Shown in pieces: positions 38,086 through 49,029 of a DNA stretch of 64,000 nucleotides; position 1 is the first letter of the stretch; every line of letters begins with the position of its first letter. A program made the position numbers and the translations under genes. The notes beneath the pieces are model-generated. The model searched no databases and was not told the origin of the DNA. It saw only the letters and a list, made by a program, of their open reading frames with translations. This DNA comes from Camelus dromedarius. Lineage: Eukaryota. The stretch lies in the NCBI RefSeq assembly GCF_036321535.1, contig NC_087443.1, forward strand, positions 67,766,001 to 67,830,000. The letters run 5' to 3'.

Positions 38086-38989
38086 AATAATGCATGAAGG
38101 TCAAGGCTGGATTTTGGAGCCCCTTCATGCTGGGCTATCATTTTCTGATGGCTATGTTACCCTGAGAATTAACCTAGGTAAGAGAAGAGGTTCAGAAAAA
38201 GATGCTTCTGAGCTTGATGCTCAAGGAGCAGCTGGGCTCAATGTTGGGGGCTAAATCGGTGTTAATCTCTATAGAATGAATTCCTCCTGCCTCGCTCCCA
38301 CAGACTGCTTCCAGATACTAATGAGTTCATTTCATTTCAGAGCAACTCAGGTAGTTCCAGTCTTCTAAAGGGAACTATGGGAGACGTGGAATACTGGGCA
38401 AAATACAGGACTAATAAGTAGCTTCCAGTTGGAGCCAGCCCAGCCTCCAGCTCCTTTGTCAGTCAAAGGCAGGAGAGATTACCAGCCTGTTCTGACTTTG
38501 CGTCAGGATTAACAAAACACGCTCTGCTAGGGTGCACGTAGATTCTTCACTGGGCAAAGACGTTCAGGTTCAGGAAGCTTAAACCCTAATTACAGGGGGC
38601 GGGGAGGAAAGGGGCAGAGTCTGCAGTAGAAATGGGAAGGGTTCCCAGGAAGGACATGGAGAAAGGAAAAAAAAAAGCTTAATAACTGGTTTTGTTGTGA
38701 AATTAAAATGCCATGACACATTTGCCCACAGAAGGCAGAATCTATAAGAAGTAACAGAGACACAACCAACAAGTGGAGAGACCAGGTTCCTCCCACACCC
38801 ACGCCAGGGGGAAACCTGGGAGCCCAGGCCTCCCAAAGACCACGCTCACATCCTCATCCATGCTTGAATCCCGGCTTCTGGGGCCCTAAAGGCAGTGCAG
38901 CCCTTTTCCCATCTGCCCCAGGCAAAATCTGTGCACCTGGAAAGGAGAGAGGTCAAAAAAAAATGAACTAATACCTGAGGGGCTGAGCA

Positions 38990-39110
38990 GCAATTTTTAA
39001 CCTCCTTTTGTGTGATGGCCCCCTCTGGCCATTGGATGAAGGGTATGGACAACTTCTTAGAGTCCACGTTTTAAAAAATGCATTAAATAAAAGATACAGA
39101 ATTGATTGCA
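38990..39110 (+). mobile_element. hAT-Charlie-type MER element, 5' part (split by the L1)
   Basis: ttttgtgtgatggccccctctggccattggatgaagggtatggacaacttcttag...aaatgcattaaataaaa. Continues at 44561. Confidence 0.65.
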
Positions 39111-41709
39111 GACTTCTACAACTGACCAAGATTGTAATAGGAGTCAGATTTACCCTCCTGGCTGAAACAACTAAAAAGCCACAGTATATGAAACAATAGT
39201 TTTTAAAACATTGACTATCAGGCAACAAAAGATAGTGATCCTTGAGAAACAGGAAACATACTAGGTGAGCGCTGTTGATCTCGTCCTGCTTACTGACTGG
39301 AGAGTGTCCAAAGTATGTACAAGGACATAGCTGGTGGTCTCCCTGGGCTGAAGAGAAGGAGGTGGGAGAAAGGGGAGGACAAGGTGGCTGGGATTTGCAA
39401 AGCAGAATATCAAAGAGGAGAGAGCGGCACGGAGAGAGAACTCTAGAAACCTGGAGAGGTCTCCCTTGAGTCCTCAGCTGAGTACTGATCAGCATGTGTG
39501 TGTGAGGAAGCTGCGCAAGGCCAGGAAAAGAATCACCTGAAAGGATCAGAGGGAACAATTCTTAGAGTTCACACAGGATTGGGAATAGTTCCTCTTCTCA
39601 TCAACCAGATTAGAAAAACCTTATAATCCACATGTCGTCAGGTAGGGTACTAGGAACTGTTTTGTCTCAGTAGCTGGGAAAATCTAGCTCTAAACTAAAT
39701 GCTGCTCTGGTCTCACCCAACAGGACTTAAAAACAAGACAGAAAAAAATCAAACTGATTTCAATGAACTCAACCATGTCCTAGACCAAAGTTCAAGAGTA
39801 TGTAGACTATTTAGAAGAATAGAAAATAATTCAAAAATATCCAGTATCCAAAAAAGTAAAATTCAGTACCTAGCATGTGATAAAAAGTTACCAGGCATTC
39901 AAAGAAGCAGGAAAATACAACTTATAATGCATATGAAGATTAATCAAAGCTGATTGAGAAATAATACCAATGATAAAACTAGTAGACACACATTAAAACA
40001 AGAAGATACTCAAGAAGATGTCGGAAACATTGAGCGTAATAAGTAGAGACATCAAAGATAGATATTTTTGAAGACCCTATTAGAAATTCTAGAGATGAAA
40101 ACTATAATATCTGAGATGAAAAATACAGTAAATGAGATTAATAGCAGATTACACATTACAGAAGAATGATTAGTGGACCTGTAAACATAGTAACAAAAAC
40201 TATCCAAAATAAAACACACAGACAAAAAAAATCTCAAAGAATAGACAACATCACTGAGCTATAGGACAACTTCAAGCAGCCAAAAAATATGTAACTGAGG
40301 TTTCCAAAGGATACAGTTTTTATAGAAATGATGATCAAATGCTTTTCAAATCTGAATTAAAAAATACAAATTCAAAGATTCAAGAAGCTCAACAAATCCT
40401 CAGCACAAGAGACACAAACAAAATTACATCACCAAGGCATATCTTAATAAAATTGATTAAAACCAGTGATAAAAGAAAAAATTTTAAAGGAGTCAGAGAT
40501 AAAAAATAAAACAACACATTATGTATGCAGAAACAGAAATAAGGATGACAGTAGGATGCTTGTCAGGAATAATATAAGCCAGAAAATGGTGGAGCAAAAG
40601 CTCTAAAGTACTGAAATGAGAACAAAACTAAACAAAATAACTCCCCACAACTGGTAACTTAGAATTCTATACTCAGCAAAAATATCTTTCAGAAACAAAA
40701 GTGAAATAAAGACCTTTTTTAGACATACAAAGTTTGGAAGAATTCATCACCAGCATACTACAAGAAATGTTAAAGGAAACCCTTTAGGAACAAGGAAAGG
40801 AATAATGAATACCAGAAATGTTAGCTACATGGGTAATAGGAGTTTTTCCTTATTATTTAAGTATCTTTATAATATACTTGACTGTTTAAAGTAAAAATAC
40901 TGACAATATATTAAACTATAAATTATAATATACATGGCAAAATATATGACAATAATAATACAAAGGCTGAATGAGAAGTGGAAGTATATTATTGTAAGGT
41001 TCTTATACCATATGTAAAGAGGAATAATATCACTTGATGGTAAACTGTGGTATGTTAAAAATATATACTATAAACCCTAAAGCAATCATCAAAATAATAC
41101 AATAGAGTTATAGCTAATAAGCCAACACAGGTGATAACATGGAATAATAAAAATGTTTAATTAATCCAAAACTAGATGAAAAAAATAAAGAATGAAGGAC
41201 AGATATGACAAACAAAAAACAAATAGCAAACAGTAGATTTAAAACCAACCAAAACAATTCTTACACTAAATGTAAATGGTCTAAACATGCCAATGAAAGG
41301 CAGAGATTGTCCCAAAAAAGCAAGACTTATCTATATGATGCCTACAACATATTATTTTAAGTGTAAAGACACAAATAAGTTAAAAACAAGAAAGACTGAA
41401 AAAAGATAAATAATGCTAACGTGAACCAAAAGAAAGCTGGAGTACCTAAATTCACTTCAATGCAGATTTAGGAGCAAAGAATATTACCAGAAATAAAGAG
41501 GATCATTTCATAGCTGTATTTCTATATATTGGCAAGGAACAACTGGAAATGAAATTAAAATGTAAAAAATACCATTTACAATAGCATAGAAATATAGAGT
41601 CTGACTAGCACCAAATATGAAACACTTAGGGATCAATCTGACAAAAGATGTGTAAGATCTGTATACTAAAAACTACAAAATTTGTTGAAATAAATTAAAG
41701 AGCATCTAA

Positions 41710-42345
41710 CTCCTCATTCCTTAGGTATGAGCTGCACATAGTGACTTCTTTTCAAAATATATGGTGTGGAAAGATGGAAAAAAGAGAACTGGACAGTAGA
41801 GAAATCTGACAAATTGTCATCTTAGCCAGAAAATCAAGGCCAATATCAACAGTCATAAATCATGTTGATATATGTATGTTTGATATGATGTGATGAAAAT
41901 GGTACTTTACCTCTGTCATTTTCCTCCACAAAACCCATATCCCCAGCCTTATGAGAAAAACACCCTAAAAATTCTAACAGTGAGGCATTCTCCAAAATAC
42001 TTGACCAATACTCCACAAAACTGTCAAGATTATTAAAAACATGGAACATTAGAGAAACTGTCATAGTCAAGAGGAACCTAAGGAGACATGACAATTAAAT
42101 ATAACGTGGTATCCTGGATGTGATCCTGGAATAGAAAAAGGATGTTGGGCAAAAATGAAGGAAATCTGAATAAATTAAGGACATTAGCTATTAATGTTAT
42201 ATTAATATGGGTTCATTAACTGTAACAAAGGTATCATAGTAATGTAAGACAGAGGAAACTAAATGCATGTAATATGGGAATCTCTGTACTAACCTCTCAG
42301 TTTTTCTGTAAATCTAATACTATTCTAAAAAATTAAAGTCTATTA
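41710..42345 (+). mobile_element. L1MC1-like 3' end nested in the older L1
   Basis: gagctgcacatagtgacttcttttcaaa...gatatgatgtgatgaaaatggtactttacctctg...tctgtaaatctaatactattctaaaaa. Host ORF2 text resumes after it. Confidence 0.8.
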
Positions 42346-42447
42346 AAAGAATTAGGAAGTCCTAAATAAATGGAGATATTTACCTTGTTAATGGATAGGA
42401 AGACGCAGTTTTGTTAAGATGTCAGTTCTCCCTAAACTGATCTATAG

Positions 42448-42659
42448 CAGGGATAGGAAATCGTGGCTTATAGACCAAATCCAGCCCACCACCTGTTTTT
42501 ATAAATAACATTTCATTGGAACACATCCACAGTTGTATGTTTCTGCTTTAGCTCTCACTGCTCTTACACTACAATGGCAGAGTTGAATAGTTGTAACAGT
42601 GACAGCATGGTCTAAACTATTTCCTATCTGGTCCTCTACACAAAGTTTGTTGACCCCTA
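42448..42659 (+). mobile_element. MER58A-like hAT element nested in L1 ORF2
   Basis: cagggataggaaatcgtggcttatagaccaaatccagcccaccacctgtttttataaataac...aaagtttgttgacccct. Confidence 0.8.
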
Positions 42660-44076
42660 ATCCAATGCAATCCTTATTTAAATCCTAGGAGGCTGTTTTA
42701 TAGAAATCGACAACCTAACTTTAAAATTCATAGGAAAATGCAAAAGACTAAGAAGAGCAAAAACAGCCTTTAATAAGAAGAATAAAGTTAGAGGACTAAT
42801 ACTATCTAACGTGACTTATTGTAAAACTGCAGTAATCAACACAATATGGTATTGGTGTAAAGATAAATAGATCAATGGAAGAGTACAGAAATAGACTCAC
42901 ACATATATAATCAATGAATTTTCCACAAAAATGCAAAGGCAATCCAGTGGAAGAGGCATAATATTGTCAACAAATGGTGCCAGAAAAATTGGTTATCTGT
43001 ATTTAAAAAAAAGAATTTATATCTATAGCTTGTTTGCACCATATGTAAAAATTAATTTAAAATAGGTCACAGATCAACATGTGAAACCTAAAACTACAGA
43101 ACTTCTAGAAGAAAGCACAGGAGAAAATCTCCGTGACTTTTAGTTAGGTAAAGATTTCTTAGATCTGACACCAAAAAGACAAGTCACACACACGAAATAG
43201 ATAAACTGAACTTTATCAAAATTAAGAGCATCTGCCTTTCAAAAAGCACCATCAAAAGAACAACAAAAATAAATAAATAAAACAAACAATGGGAGAAAAA
43301 TATTTATAAATCACATATCTGATAAAGGACTTGTATCCAGGATACATTAAAAACTCTCAAAACTCAATGATAAGAAAACAAGCAATCTAACAGAAAATGA
43401 GTAAAAAATTTGAACCGACGCGTCACTAAAAAATATATATAGAGAGAGAGAGAGAGAGAGGGAGAGATTGTAAATAAGCACAGGAAAAGAAGATCAGCAT
43501 CATTAGTCACTAAGGAAATGCAAACTAAAGTCACAGTGAGATACCACCTCACATCCAGAACGTCTAAAATTTAAAAGACTAACCATACCAACCATACCAA
43601 CCGTTCCAAGTGCTGATGAGGAGGATGTGGAGCTCCTGGAGCTCTCCTACACTACTGGTGGGAATGCCAGTGCTACGACCACTCTGGGAAAAAGTTTGGC
43701 AGTTTCTTAAGCTGTTAAACACATAGCTATTACTTGACCTAGCCATTCCGCTCTTAGGTAATTACCCAAGAGAAATGAAAGCCTGTGTTCACACAAAGAC
43801 TTACACACTAATGTTTAATGCAGCTTTATGTGTAATAGCTGGGAACTGGAAACACAAATGCCCGCCAGCAGGTGAATGGATCAACAATTGATGTTTATCC
43901 ACACAATGCAATATCATTCATGAAATAAAAGAAGAGCAAACTATGGATGCACCAATCAGTATGGGTGAATCTCAAAATAATTATGCTGAACAAAAGAAGG
44001 CAGATTTCCTTTTTAAGTACCATACTGTATGATTCTATTTAAAGTTCTAGAAAATGCAAACTAGTCTATAATGATA

Positions 44077-44316
44077 CCAGAAAAGAATTACCATGTAATA
44101 TTTAGAGAGTTTGGGTTCTCAGCAAAACTGTTTTATACGCTAAGGTCTCAGAAATAAGACTACTAAAAATAATGATACCAAGATTGTCAAGGCCAGTGAA
44201 TTCCCCTGCACTGGAAAAAGTACATAACCACATTTGCACACTAAAGAGTGAGATGCAGGCAGAATAAAAATGGGTGGGAGGTGGGGGCGGGGCTACAAAG
44301 GAGAATCACTGTAACT
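44077..44316 (-). repeat. Inverted local duplicate of 56346-56588 inserted into an L1 3' end
   Basis: The reverse complement of 56346-56578 aligns to 44088-44316 (4 mismatches in the first ~118 nt, ~90% overall by eye). Flanked by ctataatgata (44066-44076) and ctgtagtgata (44315-44325). Confidence 0.93.
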
Positions 44317-44560
44317 GTAGTGATAGAAACCAAGTTCAGTGATTTCCTGAGGATTGAGGTCTAACGAGGGGCAGAAGGGAGAAATTAAAATAGACATGAA
44401 GAAGCTTCCGGGGGTGATGGATGGGTTCACTATCTTGACCGTGGTGATGATTTCACAGGTGTACACTTATATAAATTGTATCAGTTGTAGACTTTAAATA
44501 TAGGTAGTTTATCACACATCAATTATACCTCAATAAAGATGTTTAAAATAAAAAATAATT

Positions 44561-45335
44561 TAAAAATACACATAGGATTGCAAAAGAGCCCAGTTATATT
44601 GAAATGTAGCTATCAAAATATTTTTTAAATCTATGATATAATCACCTACATGCCTTTTTATTAAGGCAGGTCTAATAACTATTGCAATTTAGAAATAATG
44701 ATGAATACATATGCTATTTTGAGGTATTCATAGCCATTATAAGGTGACATGAAAATATCTGATTTCTAGCAACATTAAAGTCACAGTTGCCAACACCAAG
44801 TAGCAAAGCCAAGAAACAGAGAAAGAAACTGAGCTTTACTCACAGCATCAGAGCCTGATGATCTGAGGTTTGATTTCTATGCTTATGTCTGGTTTTAGTT
44901 TGACGATTAGAGTTAGCCTCATAAAGTGGATGATTTAGTTTCTCAACTTTTTCTCCATTCTGAAAGTCTGTTTACCTAATATGGGTAATACATTTGGGCC
45001 TAACAGTTACTTAGAGAATTATAGATTTTTATTTTTTAATTATATTTTATTATAAATTATTTCCACTATGTAAATAATATGTGTCAGTTATGACACATGA
45101 AATAATTAAGAATGTTTAAATATAAAGTTAATTTTTTCAAAAGGCCACAGTGACTGCTAATACTAGTTTGTTGCCCATATCAAAAAGAAAGAAAGAAAGA
45201 AAGAAAGAAAATTTCAGTGAGAGTTCAGTAAAAATAAAAATGCAATGTTTTTCCTTAAAACTCATAACCCCTTGGATTATGTCCATATAAAGCCCCCCTC
45301 GAAAGTCTTAGGGATCAGCTCAGGTTAAGAGGTTC
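44561..45335 (+). mobile_element. hAT-Charlie-type MER element, 3' part, with a further ~340-bp insert
   Basis: cataggattgcaaaagagcccagttatattgaaatgtagctatcaaaata...ggtctaataact...actgctaatactagtttgttgcc...aaatttcagtgagag...caggttaagag. Confidence 0.7.
45183..45210. repeat. (AAAG)n microsatellite
   Basis: aaaaagaaagaaagaaagaaagaaagaaaa. Confidence 0.9.
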
Positions 45336-48300
45336 AGTTCAGTGTGTAAAGCTATTTCTCAAAACTGCCACCCACCTGTTTTGTCTTCCTTTCCCCAGTG
45401 GGACTGACAGTTACTGTAGCAACAACAGTAAAGTACTGGGAGGCCTGGGCTTGGGAACAAGCAGCCTGCCTCCTCAAGAGGATGAATGGGCTGTGCACAC
45501 TCCGCCTCCTTGATGTGCTCTCCAGGATAGATCGCAAGCCTCTGGTTCCCTCCAAGAGTCAGAGAGGACGGAGTTCCTGAATAAAGGCCACCTCTAGCTG
45601 CTTCCGGGGAAAGCAAGCTTGAGTCCACAGGGCGGGCACTTTATCTTGTGCAGATTAAGTAGAGCAGAGTTAAACAGAACCTGGAGCTGCTGGGGCCCCT
45701 AGGCTCAGGGGTGGAGAGTGTAACAGTCTGCTTTGGTTCCAGCACCTTCCATGAGTTGTGATCACAGGAGTCGGCCCTCCTGAGTCCTTTGTGTCTGAGG
45801 GGGTCAAGTTCTTCCTGCTGATTTCCTGGTGGGAGCTGCTGGCTTTGGAGCTTAGAACACAGTTAACTCAGCCTTCTTTCCCCAACACTGCCCTCAGGAG
45901 CCCTAATTCCTTTGAAAGGCCTGTATTTGGCCTGCCACAGGGACTGGACTGGTTCCCTAACCCATTCGTGGTCAGTGTGTCCTGGAGGCCCGGCTCCCAC
46001 CTTCCTGTGGTCTTCATCCAGGCTGCTTTGTTTGCTCCAAGAACACCCTTTGGCCTTGCATCCCCTGGCTTCTCTCCTTACAAGGCCCAGTAAAGTTTCC
46101 TTTCTGCCTCTAGCCTGGTCGTCATAGAAGCTTACCTCTCTGCCACACCCCCAAGTCAAAAACAAATACCAATCTTGTCAGAGATTCTTGATACATTTTC
46201 ATGTTTAAAGTTTTCTGGGGAAAATCTCTCTCAGCCTTTCTTTACTCCGTTAAAATATGTTAAGTACCCACATTTGCATTTCAATTCTGTGGCTTTGACC
46301 CCCTACATTTCCAATCTCCCCTATTTAGATAAGGGCTCTTGGTCACCCAGGGATGGTTCCTTTGGCTGAGGGAGTCCTAGGTAGGAAGGCTTCATCTGAG
46401 TACCTCAGGTTTTTCCCTGGGGGAGTGGGGGGGGGGGAGGGGCGCTGGGAAAGTGGCTTGTGCAGAAAACTGGGGGCAGAATGTCACAGGAAAATTAAGC
46501 AGTAATCCCCCTTCTCCCACAACGTCTAGACCCCCATCTCTTGCAGAAGTTGTGATGGGCCTGGGTGGGACAAGAGCCATCAACGTTGGAGATCAATATT
46601 GGAGGCTGGGGCTCCGTGGGGAAGGTGGGGTGTTCTAATCTGAAGTGGCCAGAGGCAGGAAGAACAAGATAATGAGCCCTAATCGCCCAAAAGCGTCTTG
46701 GGCCCAGTGGGAAGTAGGGGTTATTTGATACATTCCAAGAAAGGGAGATTTTCTGGGCCAACAAGAGGGAACAGGAACCAGGAAAGCATTCTAGATGGTT
46801 AATGGGATGAAGCAGAAGAGGTGCAAAGGGAGTGGGCTGGACTCGTTTAAAGGTCTACGCTCTGGATCAGCACCAAGTCTCTGAAGGACAGACACTGAAA
46901 TTGAGGATGAGGTTGCTATTGCTTTACTGACCCACACCACCCTCCCCTGCCTAAGGCATTGGTAGCTGGGTGTTAGCGATGTGATTGACGACTGGTGGGA
47001 AGGGCTAATGAGTCCAGCAAAGCCGACAGTTATGGTACAATCAGGTACCGCCAAAGTCATTCATAGTTTATTACTTGTTCTGTTACCAACATTTCAGCTG
47101 CCCCAGGCATTTTTGAGCCACTCCAAGTGACTGGACAATGCATCTTCGCCACCACCGACTTGGCTGGAATGTAGGCTCATACTTGGCACAGGGATCTGGA
47201 AATGATCCAGATTTCAGGCTGTCTCCTTGACCTTCAATCAGAGCTGTCCCAAAGGAGTAACACGCTTGAGTGTGCTTGGCAGCTCCCTGCCCAGACTCTG
47301 AAGGACAGGCACCAAGCTCCAGCCATAGAAGCAAATCCAAGTGGACTTTGCCCCTAAAGGGAACTTGAGGAGACACTGTGGGTGGGGCAGGAGCCATACA
47401 TGGATTTAGGCAGACCACAAAGGGCAAGATTGTGTGCTCTGAGAGGGAGCACCGAGTTGAGTTCAAGTTCTAAACTCTTAGAATCTAGCCCAATTCCTCA
47501 GCACGTGTGAAAATGCTTAGTAAATCTTTATTGGACTCAATAGAACTATCTAGTGATGATATTAGCAAACATGAACATAGATTCTATAGCACTATGACAC
47601 TGGGAAATAATTTTAAAATTAATAGGATGGATACATATCATAGACAAAGATCAAGTCCAGTAGTTCTAGATATAAAAAATACAATGAAAATGCTTCTAGA
47701 AGTTAACATAAGAGGTTATCTTTGTGACTTTGGGCTAGGGCAAGATTTCTTAAACAACATACACAAAAGCAATAACCATAAAGATTAAAAACTTCTGTTC
47801 ATCAGAATGTACCATTATGAGACTGAAAAGGCAAGCCACAGAGAGGGAGAAGAGATCTGCAAAACCAAGGTCTGACAAAGTTCTTATCTAGAATATGTAA
47901 AGAATTCTTATAAATCAATAGGAAAAAGACAACCCATTTTGGAAAAAAAAGGACAAAATACTTAAATAGGCATTTCACTAAACAGGACATCTAAATAACC
48001 AATAAGCACGTGAAAAGATGCTCAATAGCATTAGTCATCAGGGAAATGCAAATTTCCCTATATACTCACCATAAAAGGAGGGAAACTGACAGTAGCAGGT
48101 GAAGCAACTGAAATACTCTACATCCTGAAAAAAATTGGTTCAACAACTTTGGAGAAATTCTCTGCTATCTGTTAAAGCTGAACATATGCATACCCTGATG
48201 TCACAGGAATTTTACTCCTAGGTATACATAGACTCAATAGGGATGCATTCAGATATAACAAAAAAGCATATACAAGAATAATATTTATAGCAGCCCTGTT

Positions 48301-48627
48301 TATCTTAGCTAAAAACAACCCAAAGTTCATCTATAGCAGAGTACATAAATAAATTCATATTCATTGTAATATGTGTATGTATATATTTGCAGAATATAGT
48401 GACTAAAATTATATTCATTGTATATTATAAATTTATATCCCAGTGTATACTGTGGACTATTACACAGGCATGAAAAAGAAATACTGCTATATTGTTGAAT
48501 CTCTTGGGCATAATGTTAAGCAAAAGAAGCCAGAACTCAAAGAGTACAATATCATATGATTCCATTTCCGTGATGTACACAAAGCTATTCTAATGCCATA
48601 AAAGTCAGAACAGTGGTTGCTTTTGGC

Positions 48628-48749
48628 GTAGGATTGCTAGATAAAATACAGGCCATCTAATTAAAGTTGAATTTCAGATTAGCAAATAATTTTTGATTAT
48701 TATAAGTAGTCCTAAGCAATATTTTTATTTGCTAAATCTAGCAACTCTA
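48628..48749. mobile_element. MER53-type hAT MITE, internally deleted
   Basis: Terminal inverted repeats taggattgctagat / atctagcaactcta. Internal ttgaatttcagattagcaaataat. Confidence 0.75.
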
Positions 48750-48863
48750 CTCTGGTTGGGGTGATATTGACTTGGAGGGCACATGAAGATTGCTTCTGTC
48801 ACTCTGATAATACTGTTCTATTATTTTGATCTAGATAGCGCTTACATGGGTGTGCCTGTTTCT

Positions 48864-49029
48864 TTTTTTTTTATTTATTTAAAAAAATTTTTTTTAGGTT
48901 TTTTTTGGTGAGGGGAGGTAATTAGGTTTATTTATTTATTTACACTTTTTGAGGGAGGTACTGGGGATTGAACCCAGGACCTAATGCATGCGAAGCACAC
49001 GCTCTACCATTGAGCTATACCCTCCCCTC
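48864..49029 (-). mobile_element. tRNA-Ala-derived SINE (Vic-1 type) nested in an L1 3' end
   Basis: Reverse-strand head at 48955-49027. TSD tgggtgtgcctgtttct (48847-48863) / tgggtgtgcccatttct (49030-49046). Confidence 0.93.

Larger units (their letters stand above)
39111..44560 (+). mobile_element. Degenerate ancient L1M with both termini (5'UTR, ORF1 remnant, ORF2 endonuclease start, late ORF2, 3'UTR), internally deleted and interrupted
   Basis: 5' start gacttctacaactgaccaagattg, ORF1-like ~39850-40800, ORF2 start acactaaatgtaaatggtctaaac ~41263, 3' end aattatacctcaataaag. TSD-like taaaagatacagaattgattgca (39088-39110) / taaaaatacacataggattgca (44561-44582). No intact ORF. Confidence 0.85.

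Noticed and set aside
39111-44560. Functional L1 ORF1/ORF2
   Set aside because: Riddled with stops and frameshifts, internally deleted and interrupted.
44840-44875. TGATGA next to CTGA, resembling snoRNA C/D boxes
   Set aside because: The boxes are only 1 nt apart, with no plausible guide length or terminal stem.
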